From Candidatus Iainarchaeum sp. (GTDB lineage Archaea > Iainarchaeota > Iainarchaeia > Iainarchaeales > Iainarchaeaceae), in contig JAWANB010000016.1 of assembly GCA_038895675.1 (NCBI GenBank), positions 1-17,577 of the forward strand: DNA of 17,577 nucleotides, given 5' to 3'. Below, one piece after another: positions 7,464 through 15,856 of this stretch; position 1 is the stretch's first letter, and each line of letters begins with the position of its first letter. The translations under genes were made by a program, and so were the position numbers. The notes under the pieces are model-generated. The model saw nothing but the letters and a program-made list of their open reading frames with translations. It did not search any database and was not told where the DNA came from.

Positions 7464-8741
7464 ATGATAAGCATTCATTATTTTAGAGAGAATGTTGGTA
7501 AAATAAAGAAGAATTTAGAAAAAAGGAATGACTTTGCTAAGCTTGATTGGGTTGAAGAGATTTGTGACTTGGATGGGAAGTATTTGAAGGCTCTTCAAGA
7601 GGCTGAAAATCTTAGGATGAAGAGAAATTCTTTGGCTAAAGAGATAGATGCTTTGATAGTGCAAAAAAAAGATTTTAAGGATAAGATTGCGGAAGCTAAA
7701 GAGTTGCCTCAAAAGATTAAAGAAGTAGAAGCCAAGGCTAATGAGCTGAAGGAAAAAATAGATTATTATTTGATGCGTTTGCCTAATGTTCTTGATGAGG
7801 GTGTTCCTTTAGGGAGTGATGAGACAGAAAATGTTGTTGTGAAAGAGTTTGGTGAGAAGAAGTTAAATCAAAGTTTGTTGCCTCATGGTGAACTTTTAGA
7901 GAAAAATAATTGGGCTGATTTTGAGAGTGCTTCTAATGTTTCTGGTCCTGGTTTTTATTATTTGAAATTTGAGTTTGCTGAGTTGGCTTTGGCTTTGGAG
8001 AGGTTTGCGTTAGATAAAATTTTATCAAAAGGTTATTCTTTGGTTTTGGTTCCTTTCATGCTTAAGAGGTCTGCTTACGAGCGTGTAACTGATTTGGAAG
8101 ATTTTGAGAATGTAATGTATAAGGTTGATCAGGAGGATCTTTATTTGATAGCTACTTCTGAGCATTCTATGTGTGCTATGTATCAGGATCATATTTTTGA
8201 GGAGTCTGATTTACCTTTAAAGTTGGTGAGTGTTAGTCCTTGTTTTAGAAGAGAAATTGGAAAGCATGGTGTTGATACGCGTGGTATTTTTAGAGTTCAT
8301 CAGTTCAATAAGGTTGAGCAATTCATTTTTTGTAGGCCTGAGCAGTCTTTTGAGTTGCACGAAGAATTGTTAGCAAACGCTGAGGAGATTTATAAGGACC
8401 TTGGTTTGGCTTATAGAGTGGTGAATATTTGTGCTGGTGATATTGGTACTGTTGCTGCTAAAAAGTATGATATTGAAGCTTGGATGCCTAGGGAAGGTAA
8501 GTATCGTGAAGTAGTTTCTTGTTCTAATTGTACTAGTTATCAGGCAGTTAGGTCTAATATTAAGTTTAGGAAGAAGCTTGACAAGTCTAAGGATTATGTT
8601 CATACTTTGAATAGTACTGCTGTTGCTATAACTCGGACTTTGAGGGCTATTGTTGAGACTTATTATGATGGTAATGTTTTGAAGGTTCCATCTGTTTTAC
8701 AAAAATATTTGGGTGGTAGACAGGAAATAAGTCCCAAGTAA
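7464..8741 (+). CDS. serS: Seryl-tRNA synthetase (standard type)
   Basis: N-terminal coiled coil, LIATSEH, motif 2 CFRREIG...RGIFRVHQFNKVEQF, KKYDIEAW, EVVSCSNCT, and HTLNST. Confidence 0.98.
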   Translation: MISIHYFRENVGKIKKNLEKRNDFAKLDWVEEICDLDGKYLKALQEAENLRMKRNSLAKEIDALIVQKKDFKDKIAEAKELPQKIKEVEAKANELKEKIDYYLMRLPNVLDEGVPLGSDETENVVVKEFGEKKLNQSLLPHGELLEKNNWADFESASNVSGPGFYYLKFEFAELALALERFALDKILSKGYSLVLVPFMLKRSAYERVTDLEDFENVMYKVDQEDLYLIATSEHSMCAMYQDHIFEESDLPLKLVSVSPCFRREIGKHGVDTRGIFRVHQFNKVEQFIFCRPEQSFELHEELLANAEEIYKDLGLAYRVVNICAGDIGTVAAKKYDIEAWMPREGKYREVVSCSNCTSYQAVRSNIKFRKKLDKSKDYVHTLNSTAVAITRTLRAIVETYYDGNVLKVPSVLQKYLGGRQEISPK

Positions 8742-8858
8742 AAGATTTTTTTGTTTTTAGTTTTTGTTTTATTTTGTAGAATTCTTGTTTTGTTTTTGTT
8801 ATTGTTTTTCGATCTATAGAGCGTTTGTTTTGTTTTTTTAGGCTTTTATTTTTATTGG

Positions 8859-9017
8859 TTGTTGGTCGTGTTTTTTTTGTTGTTGTGCTTTTTTTTTATT
8901 TTGTTTTTTTTAAGTCGTTCATTTTTTTTGTTGTTTTTTTTGTTTTTGTAGACTTGTTTTTTTTAGTCTTTGACATTTTTTTTGTTGTTGTGCTTTTTTT
9001 TTATTTTGTTTTTTTTT
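8859..9017 (+). repeat. Interspersed T-tract repeat, copies 3 (8859-8911) and 4 (8976-9017)
   Basis: TTGTTGGTCGTG-T8-GTTGTTGTGC-T9-ATTTTG-Tn plus a 5'-truncated second copy, in the serS/lysS convergent spacer. Confidence 0.8.
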
Positions 9018-9153
9018 GGTTTTTAGCAGTTGTTTTTTTTGTTGTTTTTAAGTTAGTTGTTTTTCTACTAGTTATTTTTTTTAATTAGTTTTTTTTGCGT
9101 TTTTTGTAAAGTTTTTTTGTTTTATTTTATTTAGTTTTGTAATTTGGTTTTTG

Positions 9154-11328
9154 TTATTGTGCTAAGTATGTTTCTACTAGTTCTTTTCCTTCGCCTTTGC
9201 TTTCTCTTTTTAGTTTTATTTTTCCTATTTCTGATGTGTTTTTTACGTGTGTGCCGCAGCATGGCATTTTTATGCCGTTGCATTCCCACCATATTACGTT
9301 TGGGTTTATTTTGTCTGGGTATCGTAGTATTTCATAGTTTTTTGATATAAACTCGTTTGTTAGGTCTTCTATTTTTTTTAGTTCTTCGTTGGTTATTTTG
9401 TTTTTTAGTGCGAATGTGCTTCTGTCTTTTTCGTGGTCAACTAAAGATCCTACAAGTTCTTCAGAGCCTTTTATTTTTCCTACAAAATGCCCTACTATGT
9501 GTGATGCTGAGTGTAGTCTCATTGTTTTTAGTCTTTTTTCTTTGTCTATTGTTAGTTTTACTTTTGATCCTACTTTGAAATTGTTGCTTGCTAAAACGTG
9601 TGCTATGTCGTTGTCTTCGATTATTACTTCTAATACTTTTTCAGTGTTTATTGTTCCTGTGTCTGATTTTTGTCCGCCGCTGAATGGGAAGAATATTGTT
9701 TTGTCTAGGTAGACTTTTTTGCCTGAAATTTTTCTTATTGTTGCGTATGTTTCAAACAAGTAGGGGTTTGTGTTGAAAAGCATTTCTGTTTTGTTTGGTT
9801 GTGTTTTTCTTAGTTCTTCTAATTTTGTGTCGTTTTCTTTTGCTTCTGTTTGTGTTTTTTTTTCTGGTTTCATTTGTGGAAAGAATATTACGTCTTTTAT
9901 AGTTGGTTGTGAAGTTAGTAGCATTACTAGTCTGTCTATTCCTATGCCTAGGCCTCCTGTGGGCGGCATTCCATATCTTAGTGCGTCTACAAAGTCTTCG
10001 TCTGGTGGGTGATTTTCTCCTTTTGCTCTTCCTTGTTCTGCTTGTTCTTTAAAAAAGCGTTCTTGTAGTTCTGGGTCGTTTAGTTCTGAGTATGCGTTTG
10101 CCATTTCCCAAGTGTTTATGAATGCTTCGAAGCGTTCTATTAGTTCTGGGTTTCCTCTTTTTGGTTTGCATAATGGTGTTGTTTCTTTTGGGTGGTCTAT
10201 TATAAAGTGTGGTTGGACTAAATTTTTTTCGCAGTAGTGTGAGAATATTTCTGCTATTGCTAAGCCTCTTTTGTATTGTTCTATTTCTATGTTGTTTTCT
10301 GTTAATACTTTTTTTATTTCTTCGTCGGTCATTTTTTCTACGTCAAGGTTTGCAAATTTTTTTATTGCTTCATGCATTGTCATTCTTGGCCATGGTGCTT
10401 TCAAGTCTATTTCTGTGCCGTTGTAATTGATTTTTGTGGTTCCGTTTACTTCTATAGCGGCTTTTTCAAATAGTTCTTCTGTTAGTGCCATGACGTCGTT
10501 ATAGTCCCAGTAAGAGGCGTAGCATTCCATCATCGTGAATTCTGGGTTGTGTGTTTTGTCTACATCTTCGTTTCTAAAGTTTTTGCAAATAGTGTATACT
10601 TTGTCAAAACCTCCTATGATTAGTCTTTTCAAATAGAGTTCTGGTGATATTGATAGGTAAAAGTCTGATTTCCAGGCCCATGACTTTGTTATGAAAGGTC
10701 TTGCGTTTGCTCCTCCATAGTTTGGTTGGAGTAATGGTATTTCTACTTCTAAGAATCCTTTTGTTTCTAAAAATTTTCTTACAAAGGTAATTATTTTTGC
10801 TCTTTTGATGAACACTTCTTTTATTTCTGGGTTCATTATTAGGTCAAGGTGTCTTTTTCTATACCTTGTCTCTATGTCTGTTAGGCCGTGCCATTTTTCT
10901 GGTAAAGGATTCAATGATTTTGCTAATAAAACAACTTTTTTTGCGAGTATTGATAGTTCTCCTTTTTTTGTTTTGACTATGTTTCCTTCTACTCCTATAA
11001 AGTCTCCCGTGTCTAGATACTTTATTAGGTTGAAAGAATTGGGTTCTGCTTCTGCTTCTGATACGTTAACTTGTATTCTTCCTTTGTAGTCTTGTAATAC
11101 TATGAAATAAAGTTTTCCAAATGACCTTATGCTCATTATTCTGCCTGCTACAACAGCGTTAATTGGTGTGTGTTCTCCAGGCGAAAGTGTTTTGTCGTAT
11201 TTGTCTTTAAGGTCTTTTGAAAAGTCTTTTGGGTTAAAATAATAAGGGTATGGTTCTATTCCTAATTTTCTTAATGCTTCTAAGTGGTTTTTTTTTGCGT
11301 TTATGAGTTCTGAAATTCCTGCTGACAT
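9154..11328 (-). CDS. lysS: Class II lysyl-tRNA synthetase with a fused C-terminal AlaX-type editing domain (724 aa)
   Basis: OB-fold (AGRIMSIRSFGK), ETRYRKRHLDL, PELYLKRL, NFRNE..HNPEFTMMECY, NAYSELNDP, and YGMPPTGGLGIGIDRL ending at FFPQMKPE (~9862). A ~24-aa linker follows, then AlaX (9154-9789) with LDKTIFFPFSGGQKSDTG, HSASH and CCGTH. Confidence 0.96.
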   Translation of the reverse strand: MSAGISELINAKKNHLEALRKLGIEPYPYYFNPKDFSKDLKDKYDKTLSPGEHTPINAVVAGRIMSIRSFGKLYFIVLQDYKGRIQVNVSEAEAEPNSFNLIKYLDTGDFIGVEGNIVKTKKGELSILAKKVVLLAKSLNPLPEKWHGLTDIETRYRKRHLDLIMNPEIKEVFIKRAKIITFVRKFLETKGFLEVEIPLLQPNYGGANARPFITKSWAWKSDFYLSISPELYLKRLIIGGFDKVYTICKNFRNEDVDKTHNPEFTMMECYASYWDYNDVMALTEELFEKAAIEVNGTTKINYNGTEIDLKAPWPRMTMHEAIKKFANLDVEKMTDEEIKKVLTENNIEIEQYKRGLAIAEIFSHYCEKNLVQPHFIIDHPKETTPLCKPKRGNPELIERFEAFINTWEMANAYSELNDPELQERFFKEQAEQGRAKGENHPPDEDFVDALRYGMPPTGGLGIGIDRLVMLLTSQPTIKDVIFFPQMKPEKKTQTEAKENDTKLEELRKTQPNKTEMLFNTNPYLFETYATIRKISGKKVYLDKTIFFPFSGGQKSDTGTINTEKVLEVIIEDNDIAHVLASNNFKVGSKVKLTIDKEKRLKTMRLHSASHIVGHFVGKIKGSEELVGSLVDHEKDRSTFALKNKITNEELKKIEDLTNEFISKNYEILRYPDKINPNVIWWECNGIKMPCCGTHVKNTSEIGKIKLKRESKGEGKELVETYLAQ

Positions 11329-11440
11329 AAAGAAGAAATTTTTACAAACAAATTAAAAACTCTAATGAGGCGCCTAGTATTTTTTTAGCTTGCTGTTTTG
11401 TATTTGTTGTTTAGATTTTTTGGATTTTAGAATTTACTCT

Positions 11441-11729
11441 TTGTTGTCGTTGGTTTGATTGCTTACTTTGTTTTTTTTAAGAAGAAGGTTTGATTTTTTT
11501 TGTAGTTTTGCTTTTTTTGTTTGTTAGTCGTGTTTTTTTTTGTTGTTGTGCTTTTTTTTTATTTTGTTTTTTTTTGGTTTGTTTGAGTAGAAATCATTTT
11601 TGTTTTTTTAAGGTCGTTGGCTTGTTTTGATAGGCAAAGTCAATTTTTTTGTTTTCTTTTTTTTTTGTAACTTTTGTTTGATTTAAAAGTCATTTCTACA
11701 GAGCCTTGTAAAGTGTTTGATTTTATTTT
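11441..11729 (+). repeat. 289-bp direct repeat, copy B. Carries an orphan 3' fragment of the surface-protein gene and T-tract repeat copy 5 (11519-11575).
   Basis: Near-identical to 4797-5085. Confidence 0.95.
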
Positions 11730-11740
11730 TTTGTTGCTTA

Positions 11741-12481
11741 TTATATTTCGTCGTATTCTGTTTGTGTTTTTTTTACTATTATTCCTTTTTCGTTTGTTAT
11801 TTCTATTGGGTGTATGTTTTCTGAGTGTTTTGTTGAGCGCATTTTTCTTATGTGCATTGTTCTGTTTGTTCTTGTTCCTATGCCTAGGTAGTGCATTACT
11901 ATTACTCCGTCAACAACAAATTCTTCTATTTCGTATTTGCTGTACTTGTTTTCTTGTGTTGTTTCTGTTATGAGTATAGAGGTAAGGCCCATTTTTGCTA
12001 ATAGGTATGAGAGTTTTAGTATTGCGTTTCTTATGTCTTTTTCGTTGTCATAGTTTAGGCCTATTGCTGGTATTGAGTCTATTACTATTCTTTTTGCGCC
12101 TATTTGTCTGTTGCTTCTTAGTATTTCTAATAGTAATTTGTCTATGTCAAAGCCTGTTGTCGGCAATGAAAATTGTTCTTCGCTTGGAAACCCTATTTTT
12201 GCTATTGTTCCGTCTATTATTTGTATCATGTTTTGTGTTTCTAACTTTCTTATGTCCCAACCAAACCTTAGCATGTCTTGTCTTAGTAGTTCTGGTCTTT
12301 CGTCAAATGAAACGTATATTCCCGGGTCGTTGTAGTCTTGTGCTCCTTTGTATATGTATTGCATTCCAAAGATTGTTTTTCCTGTTCCACAGCCGCCTGT
12401 TAATAGTATTGACCTGCCTTCTGGGAATCCGCCTTCTATTAGTTCGTCTAAGCCGTTTATGCCTGTTTTGATTCTTTTCAT
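11741..12481 (-). CDS. KaiC/RAD55-like single-domain RecA-superfamily ATPase (COG0467 type)
   Basis: RIKTGINGLDELIEGGFP, Walker A GGCGTGKT, YVSFDE, Walker B RIVIDS, EEFVVDGVI, and IRKMRSTKH. Confidence 0.92.
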   Translation of the reverse strand: MKRIKTGINGLDELIEGGFPEGRSILLTGGCGTGKTIFGMQYIYKGAQDYNDPGIYVSFDERPELLRQDMLRFGWDIRKLETQNMIQIIDGTIAKIGFPSEEQFSLPTTGFDIDKLLLEILRSNRQIGAKRIVIDSIPAIGLNYDNEKDIRNAILKLSYLLAKMGLTSILITETTQENKYSKYEIEEFVVDGVIVMHYLGIGTRTNRTMHIRKMRSTKHSENIHPIEITNEKGIIVKKTQTEYDEI

Positions 12482-12687
12482 TAGCTAATTTTTAGTTTGT
12501 TTATTATTTAAGCTTTTTTGGTCAATTGTTTTTTTAGAAATTTGTTGTTTTTCAAGGCTTTTTTGTAATTTTTTTTAGTTTTTATTTTTTCTTTGTTATT
12601 TGTTTTGGTCTGTTTTTTTTAGGTGTTTATTTTTTTGTGGCTTTTTTTGTTTGGTTTTTTTTTGTTTTTTTTTCGTCGTTTTTTTTT

Positions 12688-12714
12688 GTTTGTTAGTCGT
12701 GTTTTTTTGTTGTT
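12688..12714 (+). repeat. Interspersed T-tract repeat, copy 6 (3'-truncated)
   Basis: GTTTGTTAGTCGTG-T7-GTTGTT. Confidence 0.65.
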
Positions 12715-12769
12715 TCGGTAGATTTTTTTTACGAAGTTTTTTAATTGTTTGTTTGGTTGTTATTGTGTT

Positions 12770-13996
12770 ATGAAGAGATTTTTTTTGTTTTTGTTTTTGT
12801 TTGTTTTGTGTTCTTTTAGTTTAGGGGCAGAGATGCGAATAATTAGTATTTCTGATGTTTCTTCTGTTCCTTCTAAAATTTATTCTGGTGACTTTGTTAC
12901 TATTACTTTCAATGTTAAGAACATTAATGCTATTGGTGTTTCTGCTTCTGATGTTAATGTTTTTGCGGTTTTTAATGAGAATTTTTTTGTTCCTGTAAAG
13001 AGTTTCGATAGCCTTGGTGTTTTGAATTCTGGTTCTTCTAAGACTTCTTCTTTGAGTTTTAAGGTCAAGGACGAGACTTTGCCTGGTAATTATCGTTTGC
13101 CTATTTTGGTGTCTTATTTTGTTGGTAATACTAAGAATTCTTATTTTGTTGACTTAAATTTCTTTGTTTCTGCTTGTAATGATTTGAAGGTCACTGATGT
13201 AAGGCTTTCTAATTCGACTCCGCATATTGGCGATTCTTTGGTTGTTTCTGCTAAGGTTTCTAATCCTTGTAAGGTTTCTGTTCGTAATGCTTTTGTTGAG
13301 TTGAGGCCTGTTACTAATCCTACTTTGGCTCCTTTTTCTGTTTCTGAGTCTGTTGTGAGGCTTGGTGTTTTGGGTCCTTTGTCTTCTCAGGATGTTTCTT
13401 TTACTTTAGGTATCACTGACAAGGTTGATGCTAAACCTTATGTTTTTACTTTGTTTGCGTCTTGTGATTTGTGTGTTTCTTCTTCTAATTCTTTTTCTTT
13501 TCTTGTTTTAGGTAAGCCTGAGTTGGTTATTTCTAACATTGATTATTCTGTTGAAAACAAGGTCGGTGCTTCTGACAAACAGGTTTTTCAAGGTAGTGTT
13601 TTGACTTTTTCTGTGCAATTGGATAATATTGGTAAGGAGAAGGCTAAGGCTGTTGAAGTAAGTGTTGATTTTAAGGATGGTGTTGAAGGTATTTCTCGTT
13701 CTTTTTTAGGTAATATTGATGTTGATGATTCTGGTGCTGCTGTTTTTACTTTGAATGTTTTGCCTACTGCTTCTGTAGGTTATCATAATGCTTTGATTAA
13801 TGTAAAGTATCTTGATGAGTTGAATGTTGAGAGGTCTTTTTCTACTAATTATTCTATTTATGTTAGTCCTCAGCCTCCAACTAGTCCTGTTTTTTATATT
13901 GTTATTTTGTTGTTGGTTTTAGCTGTTCTTGTGGTAATTTATTTTATTGTGAGATTTGTTTTTAGGCAGTTAGCTATAAGAAATCAGTCACGATGA
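12770..13996 (+). CDS. COG1361/CARDB-like Ig-fold surface protein with C-terminal TM helix, associated with the ABC transporter
   Basis: Signal peptide from ATG 12770 (MKRFFLFLF...SLGA). Three beta-sandwich repeats (PSKIYSGD..ITFNVKN; PHIGDSLVVSAKVSN; FSVQLDNIGKEKAKAVEV). ATGA overlap with the next gene. Confidence 0.8.
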   Translation: MKRFFLFLFLFVLCSFSLGAEMRIISISDVSSVPSKIYSGDFVTITFNVKNINAIGVSASDVNVFAVFNENFFVPVKSFDSLGVLNSGSSKTSSLSFKVKDETLPGNYRLPILVSYFVGNTKNSYFVDLNFFVSACNDLKVTDVRLSNSTPHIGDSLVVSAKVSNPCKVSVRNAFVELRPVTNPTLAPFSVSESVVRLGVLGPLSSQDVSFTLGITDKVDAKPYVFTLFASCDLCVSSSNSFSFLVLGKPELVISNIDYSVENKVGASDKQVFQGSVLTFSVQLDNIGKEKAKAVEVSVDFKDGVEGISRSFLGNIDVDDSGAAVFTLNVLPTASVGYHNALINVKYLDELNVERSFSTNYSIYVSPQPPTSPVFYIVILLLVLAVLVVIYFIVRFVFRQLAIRNQSR

Positions 13997-15129
13997 TCAA
14001 GTTATCTTTTTTGAATCTTTTTAGGCGTAAGACTAGGACTTTTCTGTCTGTATTTGGTATAGTTATTGGCGTGGCTGCTATTATTGTTCTTGTTTCTGTT
14101 GTTGATGGGTTTACTCGCGATTTTGAGAGTGTTATTAGTGGTTTTAAGGGTGTTTCTGTGATGGAAAAAAATGCTCAGGATAATGTTTTTTCTAAGGTTG
14201 ATGCTTCTTTTGGTTCTAAGCTTGAGTCTTTGCCTTATGTTAGGGCTGTTATTCCTGAGGTTTGGGTTTTGCCTAAGAGAATAGATTCTAAGGACATTGG
14301 TTTTAATTCTTTGTCCGCGCCTCAGGTTTATGGTGTTGATACTAGTAAGTATTATTCTTCTGGTGCTTCTGGTTGGATTTCTGATGTTAAGGAAGGTTTT
14401 CCTTTGAATAGTTCTGATTCTGGTTTTGTTTTGATTGGTGAAAAAATTAAAGAAGATTTTGATAAGTTTGTTGGTTCTCCTATAAAGATTAACGGGAAGG
14501 TTTTCAAAGTCAAGGGTGTTTTGGCTTCTGAGAGCGAGCTTTTGTCTTCTTTGATTGTTATGAATATTAATGATGCTAAGGGCATTAGTGAGTTGGCTGA
14601 TGATAAGGTTAGTTCTTTTTTTGTTGTGTTGACTGATTTTTCTAAGGATTACTTGGTTGCTAAGTTGATTGAGTTAAAGTGGGGTGATGAGTTAATGGCT
14701 TTTACTCAAGCTGAGATTTCTGAGCAGGTTTCTGGTATAGTTGGTAATTTGCGTTTGTTTGCTTTGGTAGTTGCTCTTATTTCTAGTGTTGTTGCTGGTA
14801 TTGGCATTGCTAACACCATGCTTATGAGTGTTTTTGAGCGTTTTAGGGAGATTGGTGCTTTGAAGGCTGTTGGTTGGTCTAATGGTGATGTTATGCGTAT
14901 GGTTCTTTATGAGTCTGGTTTTTTGGGTGTTATTGGTGGTTTGCTTGGTGTTGTTTTTGGTTTGTTGGTTGATGTTTTTTTGGAGAGTTTTTTTGGTGTA
15001 AAGTATTTTGTTTCTTTGGAACTTCTAATTTTTAGTTTTTGTTTTGCTGTTTTGCTTGGTCTTTTTTCAGGAATTTATCCTGCATGGCGTGCTTCTAAAC
15101 TTGATCCTGTTGAAGCTTTGCGGAGTTGA
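13993..15129 (+). CDS. MacB/LolE/FtsX-family ABC transporter permease
   Basis: NLFRRKTRTFLSVFGIVIGVAAII, extracytoplasmic domain, NTMLMSVFERFREIGALKAVG, and PAWRASKLDPVEALR. Confidence 0.95.
   Translation: MIKLSFLNLFRRKTRTFLSVFGIVIGVAAIIVLVSVVDGFTRDFESVISGFKGVSVMEKNAQDNVFSKVDASFGSKLESLPYVRAVIPEVWVLPKRIDSKDIGFNSLSAPQVYGVDTSKYYSSGASGWISDVKEGFPLNSSDSGFVLIGEKIKEDFDKFVGSPIKINGKVFKVKGVLASESELLSSLIVMNINDAKGISELADDKVSSFFVVLTDFSKDYLVAKLIELKWGDELMAFTQAEISEQVSGIVGNLRLFALVVALISSVVAGIGIANTMLMSVFERFREIGALKAVGWSNGDVMRMVLYESGFLGVIGGLLGVVFGLLVDVFLESFFGVKYFVSLELLIFSFCFAVLLGLFSGIYPAWRASKLDPVEALRS
14812..14966 (+). repeat. 155-bp tract shared with the second permease (16679-16833)
   Basis: 153/155 identical. 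Mismatches only at 14832-14833; 14834-14966 is identical for 133 bp. Confidence 0.95.
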
Positions 15130-15135
15130 TTTTTT

Positions 15136-15834
15136 ATGGTGCCTATTGTTGAGTTGAAGGATGTTGTTAAGGAGTATCGTCTTGGTTTGACTTCTGTTAG
15201 GGCTTTGGATGGTGTTTCTATTAAAGTTAATAAGGGCGATTTTATGGTTATTGTTGGTCCTAGCGGTTCTGGCAAGAGTACTTTGATGCATATTCTTGGT
15301 ATTCTTGACAAGCCTACTTCTGGTAAGGTTTTCGTGGATGGTAAGGATATTAGTGTTTTGGATGATTGGCACTTGGCTATGATTAGGCGTAAAAAAATTG
15401 GTTTTATTTTTCAGTCTTTTAATTTGATTCCGACTCTAACGGCTTTTGAGAATGTGCTTATTCCTACAGAGCCTTTGTCTGGAGAGAAAGATCATTTGGA
15501 GGCAAGGGCTTTGGACTTGTTGAAGAAGGTTGGTTTGGGGAACAGGGTTTTGCATAAGCCTGATGAGCTTTCTGGTGGGCAAAGGCAGAGAGTTTCTATT
15601 GCAAGGGCTTTTATTAATGACCCTGAAATTGTTTTTGCTGATGAGCCTACTGGTAATCTTGATTCTGTTACCGGCAAGCAAGTTATTGACTTAATGTATG
15701 ATTTGAATAGGAATGAAGGCAAGACTTTTGTCATTGTTACGCATGATAATTCTCTTTTGGATTATGCTAACAGGCGTGTCTTTATTTTGGATGGGAAAAT
15801 AGTTAAGATTGAGGAGGCTAAGAAAAGGAAGTGA
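15136..15834 (+). CDS. LolD/MacB-type ABC transporter ATP-binding protein
   Basis: Walker A GPSGSGKS, IGFIFQSFNL, signature LSGGQRQR, Walker B FADEPTGNLD, and H-loop VTHD. Confidence 0.97.
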   Translation: MVPIVELKDVVKEYRLGLTSVRALDGVSIKVNKGDFMVIVGPSGSGKSTLMHILGILDKPTSGKVFVDGKDISVLDDWHLAMIRRKKIGFIFQSFNLIPTLTAFENVLIPTEPLSGEKDHLEARALDLLKKVGLGNRVLHKPDELSGGQRQRVSIARAFINDPEIVFADEPTGNLDSVTGKQVIDLMYDLNRNEGKTFVIVTHDNSLLDYANRRVFILDGKIVKIEEAKKRK

Positions 15835-15856
15835 TTTTTTGCTTTTTTTTTAGGGC

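Noticed and set aside
4797..11729. Diversity-generating retroelement reading (VR at a gene 3' end, TR elsewhere) of the 289-bp or 155-bp repeats
   Set aside because: Only two substitutions in each pair, not consistently at adenines, and none in the coding tail of the 289-bp repeat. No reverse transcriptase in the window.
11741..12481. Circadian clock KaiC
   Set aside because: Single-domain protein with no kaiA or kaiB nearby; such ATPases are common archaeal signalling proteins.
874..15734. Many F/L/V/C-rich + strand ORFs and K/N/T/Q-rich - strand ORFs in the track (e.g. 874-1110, 2105-2452, 2576-3004, 4815-5042, 4819-5049, 5279-5698, 6631-6819, 8825-9088, 11674-11973, 11995-12471)
   Set aside because: They are shadow or low-complexity frames produced by the T/G skew (few stop codons). 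They overlap well-supported genes, tRNAs or repeats and have no family motifs.
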